DNA from: a virus | IMG/VR virus record: IMGVR_UViG_3300002026_000025 | Span: 71,313-135,312 of that record | Reading direction: 5' to 3' (one strand) | DNA length: 64,000 nt | Shown here: in pieces, positions 18,106 through 29,300 of the stretch | Layout: every line of letters begins with the position of its first letter | How positions within the stretch are numbered: the stretch's first letter is position 1 | Position numbers and translations under genes: made by a program | Notes under the pieces: model-generated | The model's database searches: none | Told to the model about the DNA's origin: nothing | What the model saw: only the letters and a program-made list of their open reading frames with translations

Positions 18106-20298
18106 TTACGGGTTAGCTGTATCCATTGTACCTCTACGTGTACCTGCGCCCATAAATAATGCACCTAAAAGATTTACACCTGGTACGTTTGCCATTTTCA
18201 TACCTATACTCGAAGGTGTAAACATTTGTTGTATGTTAGCTACTTTATGTTTTATCCGTTTTTCTAATATAGGTAACCTTTGCTCTGAATCTCTTAGGCT
18301 CAATGATGACAATGTCATCATGTAATCAGCAAAAGAATTTTCGCCATCGAACAAACCTTCAAAAGGATTAAATATACTGAAACCCTGGCTAATAGGCATT
18401 GTTAGAATTGTGGACATATCCACGATAGAAAAAGTTACATCTATTGCCATAGCTTCACCTTGATTGTTAAATCCTAAATTAGCAGTACCTCTTTGTATTG
18501 ACATTTGCTCAATAATACCCAATCTAGTAATAGATCTACCTCTATCGTAGAGTTCGCATAGGAATGGAGCAGTATACGATTGTTTACCAGTTGCCAATGG
18601 TAATGCACCAGCTAGTAACATACAAAGAGGCATATATATACTAAACAACTGCGAAATAGGATTTCCATATGGACTAATAAGTGTAAGTGTGTAACTAGCT
18701 CTAGGTAATATTGCAGATGCAGATTCCCAATGTTTAGGTATATCTACAATAGCGTTTCCTGCAAACGCAGCAAGTCCACCTATTTGTAATAAATTAGCAG
18801 TGCCTTGCACTATTGCACCTAAACCATCATAAATTGTTTTGGTTATTCCTAGACTATCTATGTTGCCATCAGCAAAATTAATTTTTATATTTCTAGCAGT
18901 ATTAGAAACATCATTTATTTTTTGTGCTAATGTGGATTCACCAATAGTGTTTTGAAATGACTCACCTGTAGGGCCAGTATAATCTACTCTAAAAGATGCC
19001 CAATCTGCACCTTCTGCCAAATTAGCAACAGATGCCTTAAAAGTTGATTCTAAAAAACTTTCAGTTTCAGGTCGTACTTTATAACTAGCACCTTCTACTT
19101 GTGGTTGTTTTTCGGATGCCTGCCTAATCCCTAACTCTAGTCCACTTGTGTCACTATCTTTTTTCGGATCGGATTTACCCCATAATGGCTCAATAATATA
19201 CCTCGATACTAAAGATTCTAATGTATTTTTTGTACGCCTCCCTCCTACAGTATCATTTGTTAAGCCAGCTACACCGTCACTGTAGCTTTTTACAATACCA
19301 AACCATTTTGCTGGATCTTCGTTACCTGGTTCGTTATATGCTTCATACATTTTTTGCAATAGTACACGATGCTCAGTCTCTATTACTTTAGAACGTGTTG
19401 CAATATAATAAACATCAATCATACCTGATTTTGACATCCCTGGAAATATAGAATTCATGACGCTAAATTGATCATCACTAAACATATATTTTTCATTAAT
19501 CAATTTATCGCCTTGTGCTACTCTACCTGCATAATTTATTATGCCTTTATTTGCACCTATTTGATTAACCATATTGGAAACTGCTTTCCAATAGAGTGGC
19601 ATAGCTGGTTTCAAATAATAAAATTTACTATCGGGCCATTTTGCAAAATAACGGATTGCTGCACCTAAACCCATAATCGCTATAGGTATAATCAAAAGAG
19701 GTAGCATAGCTACCAGTAATACGCTTTCAGCTGCTTTAAAAAACGTTTCAATAATATTACTGTCTACTCTGCCTGTTCTAGCCATATTAGATGCATGAGA
19801 GTTAAAAAATCCACCACCTACAAAAAATTGAGTTAATGAATTATATTGTGGAACTCCAAACCTCATGTGTATCACTTGCGAGTTATCGTCAATTGCCTCA
19901 GAATAATATCTACCCATTCCACCATAACCAGTTTTATACTCTAAAGATGTATATTTACCTTCACTTGAGTTTATAACAGAGTCACGTATATCTGCATATC
20001 GAGTAAATTGTGCTGGTGGATTTATACAAAAATTACCGCCTAAACTGGAATCAGTAAACTTAAAATAAGCAGAGGAATAATTTTTATTTAATTCATCGGA
20101 TTCTTCTAAATTAACAGTTGTAACGAATGATTTATTTATCCAGTTTTTTGTACCGGTTATAAATGATTGTCGTGACCATTGATCATCTCTTGGCATTGCA
20201 TCAGGATTACTATCAGTTGACTGGGTAGATAATAAAATATCTTCAACTTGAGCATCAATGTAACTACCGTTTTTTAAATTAATGTTTTCTTGCGCCAT
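18106..20298 (-). CDS. Virion tail/baseplate protein (phiKZ gp182-like)
   Basis: KFTDSSLGGNFCINPPAQFTRYAD, GRYYSEAIDD, SPYGNP motifs; follows the giant tail gene. Confidence 0.7.
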   Translation of the reverse strand: MAQENINLKNGSYIDAQVEDILLSTQSTDSNPDAMPRDDQWSRQSFITGTKNWINKSFVTTVNLEESDELNKNYSSAYFKFTDSSLGGNFCINPPAQFTRYADIRDSVINSSEGKYTSLEYKTGYGGMGRYYSEAIDDNSQVIHMRFGVPQYNSLTQFFVGGGFFNSHASNMARTGRVDSNIIETFFKAAESVLLVAMLPLLIIPIAIMGLGAAIRYFAKWPDSKFYYLKPAMPLYWKAVSNMVNQIGANKGIINYAGRVAQGDKLINEKYMFSDDQFSVMNSIFPGMSKSGMIDVYYIATRSKVIETEHRVLLQKMYEAYNEPGNEDPAKWFGIVKSYSDGVAGLTNDTVGGRRTKNTLESLVSRYIIEPLWGKSDPKKDSDTSGLELGIRQASEKQPQVEGASYKVRPETESFLESTFKASVANLAEGADWASFRVDYTGPTGESFQNTIGESTLAQKINDVSNTARNIKINFADGNIDSLGITKTIYDGLGAIVQGTANLLQIGGLAAFAGNAIVDIPKHWESASAILPRASYTLTLISPYGNPISQLFSIYMPLCMLLAGALPLATGKQSYTAPFLCELYDRGRSITRLGIIEQMSIQRGTANLGFNNQGEAMAIDVTFSIVDMSTILTMPISQGFSIFNPFEGLFDGENSFADYMMTLSSLSLRDSEQRLPILEKRIKHKVANIQQMFTPSSIGMKMANVPGVNLLGALFMGAGTRRGTMDTANP

Positions 20299-20344
20299 GT
20301 TTATTCCTTTTTAAAAATAGTCATTTTATTGCTCAATTAAATCA

Positions 20345-20389
20345 TAAATCCCAATATAGATATTACTCTATATTGGGATTTATTTTTTA
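20345..20389. terminator. Hairpin between the giant tail gene and the gp182-like gene
   Basis: TAAATCCCAATATAGA / TCTATATTGGGATTTA inverted repeat. Confidence 0.55.
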
Positions 20390-23300
20390 TTATGCTATCG
20401 ATTTCATCATTGGAATTGGAACCCGAGGTGCAATATATGTACCTTGTTGTTGAGGTTTACTTGTATTTTTTTGCACTATTGGTGCTTCTTTAGTTGGCAT
20501 ATCTTCTTTATTAGGTGTATTAGTGCTCATAACACCAAACATTTTTTTCAGTACATCTAACATTTGTTTTTCAACCTCTAATGATTGACCTAATAGAGTT
20601 TCGGTTGTTTTGAATAATTCTTTACTAATTACATTTTGGTTAACTTCTTCTTTCTTGTTAAAGAGAGCTGGGTTAAATCCATAGTTTTCATTCATAGGTG
20701 ATTTACCTAAACTTGACATAGTTTCTTTTGCGGTTGGTTTAGTTTGTTTTATAAGTTTATCAGTTGGTGTATTGTCTGTTGTTTCTTCATCGTGTGTTAA
20801 TAGTTCAGTATTAGCACTTTTAACGTTATTTGGGATTACGTTATCTCTTTTAACATCTAACTTTGGTGCATTAGTTGTACTAATATTTGGACTACTGTCA
20901 CTCTGTACTTTTTGTTTAACATTGGTTGACTTGGTCTTATTACTATCAGGTAAATTTATACCATAAAGTTTAGCTTTTTCATTTACCTTATTCTTCAAAT
21001 AATCATATATTTCACCTATTGTTCTTGGCCTCGATTTATCGTAGAAAATATTTTTATTTGATTTAGCAGCAGCACTAAATAATTTTGCACCTATTTGACT
21101 AGGGTCTGAATCACGTGCCATTAAAAATTTAATTGCACCACTTAACCCCAAGAAGTGACTTAAGTATATCTCTGTTGGACCTACTTCGCCCTTTATATTT
21201 TTACTAAGGCTAGAATTGTTTTGTTTAATGTAATTCGCACCTAATATGGAATTTGCTTTAGCATCAAAAGGACTAGCGTTTGTTTCTAATCCATATTTAT
21301 TTCCATATCTATTTAATTGTTCATCCCAAGTACTGTCTAAAAATTGATACAAACCTTTGGCTCCTGCCCCACCGCCACTTGCGTTTGGTTTAAAATCTGA
21401 TTCAACTGCTACTGTACTTAAAGCTATGTTTTCATCAACACCAACAAATTTAGCAGAAGCTTTAACGACTTCCTTAACACCTTCAACTCCTGGCTTTGTA
21501 ATGGCTGGAATTTTTACAGTTGGGTCAGCTGGCATTTTATTTTCTTTTTTATCCAAATCCGCTGAACCAACATCAGTTACTGGTGCCGGTTTATTTTCAC
21601 CATTAACAGGTTCTTCTACAGTTGGTGCAACATAAGCTGTTTGTGTATTTTTTTCTTGGTCATACGCATTTGCTTCTTGTGTAACATTGCTTGGGTTTAT
21701 ATTGCCGCGTCCTGCGCCAATATTAGTCACAGGTAGACTACTGTTTATTTTTTTGTCAACTTCATCTTTTACATTTGGGTCTGTTGGTGCACTCAGTAGT
21801 TTCATTGCCATTGCAGTGTTACGAGAATATCGCTTAGCACCTGGTACTGTACCTAAACCGCCACCACCTCTACCGACACTAGATTTAATAGCCTCACTTG
21901 CGCCAGAATTTCTCTTAAACCCATCGGGTCTTGTTTGTAACCCTGCTGGTTCAATATGCCAATCTTCACCACCAACTGGTCTTGTTAGGCCATATTTTTT
22001 CATTAAACCTAATTTTTCCATCTCGTCAAGTGCATCTGAATCAGCATCAATAGCTAACCCAAATTCATGCATGCTATTACCTGGTGTAGCAGCGCTAGCA
22101 CCATGTTTTTTCTTAGCAGCCACTTGCTGTTCATATGTTCTAAAACCAGATGTAACGATGATATTTTTCTTTGTTTTCTCATTATACTCTTGGACCATTC
22201 CATTGAATAATTTTAGAAATTCAGGATTTACACCATCTAACGATACACCTTTATCCAGTTTGATAGCATTCACACCACTGGAACCATCTGCTAGTGGACC
22301 ACCTACCATGGAAGGTTGTTGGTAACCAGCTATATTACTTTTCTCACTAACTATGTTAGTGGTTTTTTTTGGTTTTACTTCTGCGCTTTCCGAATATATT
22401 TCATTATTATAAACGGTTTGTTCTGGTTTTTTTACATCCAAAACACCTTCAGTTTTTGGAGTATTTAGTTTTGGGTCAACGGTTGGTTTTGGAGAATATG
22501 CTTTTTTATCTTCGGTTATTTTTGCTTCCTTAGCAACGCTCTTTAAAAATTCAATGTTATATACTACGCTATTTGAATCTGTATTTAATATATATCCTGG
22601 CCACGGACTACGGCTTGAAGACCAAACTCCAGATAATCCAGAAATTACTACAGAAAGATCTACTCTTTGTATAGGTTTAAGTAAATTGTCACTCGAGTTC
22701 TCATTTGCTGGCTTACCGGTGTATACCATAAAACCAGTAAGATAGCCAGTGTAAACAGGTAAAAATCGATTAGTAAACCAAGATGCCCAATCACCAGCTT
22801 CTTTTCCAAGAACGTCAGTAATCCCAAAAGAACCTAACATCTTATCTAAGAGTTTAATCGGACTTCCGTTCCATCCAGCAATTTTGTTATCTTTATATGT
22901 AACTTCTAGATTTACTTCTTTTTCTAATTGTTTTAATGCTCTTACTTTACCTACATCAAGTTCGACTAATCCATATGCTTTAAATCGAATAGCTTCTAAT
23001 GGAGATGCTTGATTATCACCAACTAACATTTTCTTAGTGACGGACGAATTAACATCAACGGTCTTATCCATTGCTTTTAGTTTATCTTTATTATCTTTAT
23101 TTAATAAACTATCTTTATCATTTGCTGGATTTTGTTCAGCATCTGATTCTTCTGTATTTAACGGTGGTGCAGTTTTATTTGTATCTTTCTTTTCTTCAAT
23201 GAGTTTTTTCTCACCTTTAGAATCATCTAGTTTTAATTCCTTAAGTACTTCTTCAATAACCGCTGTTACTTCTGCTGAACCAGATACTTTATAATCAGAA

Positions 23301-26300
23301 TCTAAATCCTTACTGGGTAATCTGGTGAAACCATATGGTCCTTCTGGGAACTTAATGGAATCAATGTATTTTTTCTTTTCTTCGTCTTTAAAATCACTAA
23401 ATTTACTTAAATCTATTTTACCAGTAATGCCTTTCATTGCTGTACAATGTGTTATATAAACTGGTTTAAATCTTTCTTGAAACCACTCCATGAATAAAGC
23501 AGTATCTTTTTCATTTTTTGAATCTAAACCAAACGGGGACATCATTTCTTTGATATCAATTTTCGATCCATTAATTATTACAGAACCACTTGCTTCATGT
23601 ACAGTTACAAAATCACTTATGTAACTCTCTAATCCTAAAACTTTTGATACGTCATCTGTTTTATTTTTATCGAAACCATATTGAACATATCTAATTTTCT
23701 CAATTGGAGACATGTTATTTTTTGTAAAGTATTTATACCCTTTGTAAACACCATATCCGACTAATGCAGTAGCTGCAACCGCCGCCACTACGGGTAAACT
23801 AATAACTCCTGCAACCGCCGCTGCTCCACCAGCTATAGTTGTTCCTGCGGTACCTAATGCAGCGCTAGCTCCAGCTACTGTTCCACCCATTGTAGCATAT
23901 GTTAATGCAGCACCACCAACAGCCATCCCTGTGTCAAGCGCACCATCAACATAATTACCTTCTTTGAAGTTGTTATATGCGCTATACCCACTATATCCAG
24001 CCATAGCGGTGCCAGCTAGAGGACCGAGCATACCTAAAGATGCTCTACCACCCATACCGGCCATTCGTCCAGTTATGCGGCCACCCATACCTCCTCTGCC
24101 TGGAATTGTTCTACCTGGTCTTGTTCTACTTCCTCTACTTTTATTCTTTTTATCAGGACCATCTGGTATATCTGGACCGCCACCACCAATAGTTTGTTTT
24201 GCTAATAAATATTTTATTTGAGTAAGTTGATCTAAACTATCTTCGGCTACTTCAATAGCAGGATCTTTTTTACCAAAAAATTTATCATACATTTTACCTA
24301 GTATACCGGGTAATTTAAAACTAATTCCGGCTTCGTCCGCTTTCTTTGCTATTTTATCTTTGATAGTATTTGCTGCACCTTTAAGTTTATCTTTACCTGC
24401 TTCTAAAAGACCTTTCTTTCGTATAAGATCTTTAACTGAATTCTCACGAACACCGTCACCATCTGTATCGCCTATGATTTTTTTAGGTTTAAATTTAGAT
24501 TTAACTAGATTTAAAATTTCTGTTAAAACACCAGTTGTTTTCTCTGTGTTAACTGCGGTAGCTTGTTCTTCGGGTGTACTTACACTTGTATTGGGACCTA
24601 ATACACTGCTTTCTTTAACAGCAGCAGATGCTGCTGCTTTAATTTTAATTCCACTTGGTTTTGTCAAAGATTTTGTGGATTTTTTAGTTCCACCAACCGG
24701 TAACTTCTTTAGCTTCTTAGTTGGACCTAATACACTAGGTGTAGCTTTCATTGGTGTTACAGGTGCTGCGCTTTCAGGTACCGGCGCACTCAGTTTAGCT
24801 GGATTAATTTTTTCTTTTAAAAAAGTAAAAATATCAGATAAAATATTATTTGTTTTCTCAACTTTTCCGGTAGTTCCTTCAACCGCTGCTACTGTTGAAT
24901 CCTTAGTAGGTTCAGTTTGCACATCTTCCGGTTTTTTACCGATAGTTGTCCTAACACCTTTAAGCGCTCTTTTGTAACTGAAAAATCTATTAACTTTCCC
25001 TAGTACTTTTCCGATTGTTTGGAAAATTTTAGTAGTCAGTGAAAGTTTAATTGGTCGACCTTGACCATCAATTAAACCTTCTTTGATATCTTCTTCACTT
25101 ATTTTAACTTCACCTTTACTGTCTTTTACCTCACCATCGATATCATCGATGACGCAAACAGTTTTACCGGATTTAGTTACATATTCACCTGTCTTCATTA
25201 ATTCACCACGAAGCGCAGGGTCTTTAGGACGACTGACTACATAAACATCACCCGGTTTACTTAACCAATTAAATGTTTTCTTAATGCCTTGACCTATAAA
25301 GCCTAACATTTTCTTAGATGCCCAAAGACCACCTTTAAACATACCTCCGATTACTGCTTTACCTAAGTCTTTAAATCCCTTTGCAAATTTCTTAGTAACC
25401 CAACCTAATACTCTAAATGGTATTCTTAATATAGAATTAGAAACTTGTAGCTTATCTAAATCTTCATCAAAGAGTTTAACTTGATCGTTTTCATCTATTA
25501 CTTCACCTATGATGTCATTTTGGTGATAAATTACTTTGTTAGTTTGTTTATCTCTATAGTGACCTAACTCTAGTTTAGTGGCATATAGTCTTGGTTCCCG
25601 TTCTCCATCAACAAAAACATCTCTAACTTTCTCTCTTCCAAACAAAAGCTTACCTGTAGCTTTAAGCCCCTTACCTAACATTTTAAAGTTCCATGCTACC
25701 ATTTTAGGTGCCACTACTGTTTGAAAGTGCCACAGCGGTTTAATTATGGATTTAATAATTCTACCAGCTAACCTTAATGGTTTAAACCCTTTTGTTTCAA
25801 TATTAAATGTACTCAAAGTTTTCAATTGATCTCTTCTAATAACAGTATTGTTATGTTCATCAACTACTTCGCCAGTAATATCACTCTGATGGGTTATTAC
25901 TTTATCTGTATTTTTATCTCTGTATAAACCGTCTTTTAATTTCTGTGCATATAAAACTGGATCACCTGATGCTTCAGCATACACATCCATCACTTTATCT
26001 TTAGCATCACTAAGTGCATCTTTTGCTTTATCAATAACACCAGTTACTGCATCCTTAACATTGATTGGTATCAAGTTAGTTGTATTAGAAACAATGGAGC
26101 TATTAGCTGCTGACCTTACTGTGTTACCAAGTTTCTTAAATATTTTATCCTTTACATCAAGATAATTAAGTTTAACTACTTCTTGTGCAGATATAACCTC
26201 TTTATCGAGTTCATCGATAACTGCACCTGTAATATCTTTGACATCTTTAATTGTAACTTTAGTTATTTTATCTCTATACTGCCCTAATTTTAATTTCACT

Positions 26301-29300
26301 TCAGTAATACGAGGATCGGCTTCACCTGCTACATAGATATCTTTTAATTTACTTTTAGTTTCTTCAATTATTGATTCCGCTTTAGCTTTGAGTTCATTAG
26401 CTTTTGTTTCTAGACCACTTGCTGATTTTGGTTTTGGTTCTTCTATTGGTGCCGTTTTATCTTTGGTTTCAACTGTAGTTTCTTCAGTTTTCTTTGTTTC
26501 ATCTTTTGGTGTAAAATCAATGTGAGATGATATATCTTTATTATCAAACCTATAATAAAGAAAATCTCTAATTTGTTCTAAAACGGTTAAACTTTTTTTC
26601 CCGTTTATTTCAATAGAAAATTCACTAAAGAAATTACCTAAAACTTTGGATGCTTTCTTTCCAAAAGTTTTTACTCCCTCCCACGCTAAAGCACCTAAAC
26701 GAATACCATCTTTTATAGCACCACCTAGTACGCCTTTGAGTTTATCCAGTGGTGTTTTAATTGGATCACCATTATGGTCAACTAGTCCTTTTTTAATGTG
26801 GTCTATTGACAATATAGTGTTACCGTCCGCGCCTTTGATTGGACCGTCTATTTCACCTGGTCTAATAACAGGTTTACCTGTAAGACATGAAAAATAACCA
26901 CCACTTTTCATTATTATCGCAAGTAGTGTTGGTAACTCATCTCCTTTTACGTATATATCGATTGGTTCATCTATAAAAGAATATGCTTTATTGGAAAACG
27001 TTTTTACATTGCTCCATGCGCCTTCAATCAATTCTTTAGAAAATTTAAAAATTGATGGGGTGTATTTTGTAATTAACCCGCCTGCTGATTTTAAACTATC
27101 TCCAACTTTGTTAAGTAATCTAAATGCCAAACTCTTTGGGTTCCTAGTATATAAACGAGGGAGATCTTCTTCACTTATTAATATCTTACCTAAATCATCT
27201 TTATGTGCAATAGGTCCAGTTATTTCTCTTTGGTGAATAATAATTTGTTTTGTTTTTAAATTAAAATATTGACCATTTAATATTTTAATAGCATATAGTC
27301 TTGGAGTTTTTTCGCCTTCAAAATAAATATCATAAACATCATTTACATACCAAGCTTTTGTATTAGTAAATGTTTGAATTGCTTTTTCACCAATTGCATC
27401 TTTTGCAGTTATAAGTTTATCTTTAACAATTGGTGCATTTTTCTTTACATTATCTTTTGCACTGTTGTACACTTTACCAGTGCCCCGTGAAAAATTATAA
27501 ATGAGCGAAGCCAATTTCCCAGGGAATGTATTATCAAAATGTTGTTTATCATCACTTACATCTTTATTTTCTTTTGATTGTTCATCATCATTTTTTACCT
27601 CTTTTTTATTTGCAAATTTATTAACTGTATCATTTGTTTTATCTTTTATATTATCATACCATTTTTTAAATGAATCAAATTTAAAACCACCTGTTTTAAA
27701 CTTACCAAAATCAAAGTTAAAATTTGTAGCATTTGAATCTAATGAAACAGCAACACCAGCTTTACTAACATCTCTTATTTCTTCAAGTAAGCACCTTATA
27801 TTTAACAGATGGTCATTAAGAGAATCGTCTATTCCAGTTAAATGACTTGTTTGTTTTTTATTATTTCGAATTGGTTCTTCTTGTTGTTGTTTATCTAGCT
27901 CTTGTATAGCTGCCATATTCATGCCGTTCATTGTTACCAAATCTATTTTATTTGCATTTGGTGCAGCATCTGGACCCATTGTCTGGTTAACGGTTTGCGC
28001 CATAGGTCCAACATGAGACGCTTCATCACCTTTACCTTTTTTATAATTCCATGCAGATACTGCTGTTTTTCGGATTGCATCAAGCGCCTTTGCACCTGGA
28101 AATCTTTTGAAATCTTTTTTTGCATTTATATCTGACGGCACTGTTCTACCAACTTTACTGCGGCTAGGTTTTAGTCTTCTAGGTGTTGGTGTACCAACTG
28201 GTTCTTTCTCTTTTACACCTAACTCACTTATATCTACATTACCGGTTAATGCTTCTAGATAGTTTTCTTTCTTAAATTGATTTCTATCATCGAGTAATCC
28301 AATCTCTCTTACTATGTCCGAATCTCCATGACTTACCATACTCTGGATTTCACTTCTTGGATCAGAAATATTATCACTAAGTGAATTGTGTTTATTTATA
28401 AATTCATCTCTTTGATTTTGATTGCTATTCTTGTTAAAAAAATCTGAAAGTAATTTAGTTATTTCAGCTCTATTTTCACGACTAAGTCCCTGAGTTAAAT
28501 TTTTCTCATCTGCAAAATTGTTATCAGTGCTGTTTTTAATTAACTTTGTTCTAAATTCTTTTTGTGCAGATTCGGATAAATTACTTCCATCAATCATGTT
28601 CATTAACACATCTATATCTTTAGCTTTATCTCCACCTGTTTTAGATCTAGATAGTAAAAGTTTCTTAAGTTGCTTTTTTATTTCAGGAGATAAAAGTCTA
28701 CCACTCGGGTCTAGTTTATTAATTAAACCACCAATACTTGAATTAGTAATTTTTTCTTCATTAGCTAACAATACCTCTTTTATTTTTTCTTTGGTATTAG
28801 CTTTTATTTTTTCACCGGTTGGATCCAAAGCTTTAAGTAATTCATCTACACTTCGATGATCTTCTTTAAAATCCTCTGTGTTAAATAATCTTTTCTTCGC
28901 ATTTATTATAGCTTGGCTTCTAGTCACGAATTCATTTTTATTAAAGTCGTATCTCGTTGCTTCAATGTTATTATCACCAGTCCTGATAACTTGCACCTCT
29001 CTTAATATTCGAGACAAATATCCAGGTATAATTTCGTTAAGTGTTTTATCTGTTCTTCTAGTTAATACAAACGGAGAATCCATATCCCGATTATTTGTAG
29101 TCTGCATAGCTACATCTGTACCTTGACCCGGCATTGCTTCTTGTGCCGTTCTCATGAACCAATTAAATACTTTTTTAGTCCAAGGTTGTGAGTCATCGTA
29201 TGTTTCTTGATACTTATCACTTTTCCTAAAATCATTTAAATATCTGTCTTTATTATCAATAAATTTTTCTGCTTGTTTACCCAAGCGTTGAATACCTTCA

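Noticed and set aside
20772-29126. Many + strand ORFs opposite the giant tail gene, and similar antisense ORFs elsewhere
   Set aside because: Shadow frames of long genes, with no RBS or recognisable motifs.
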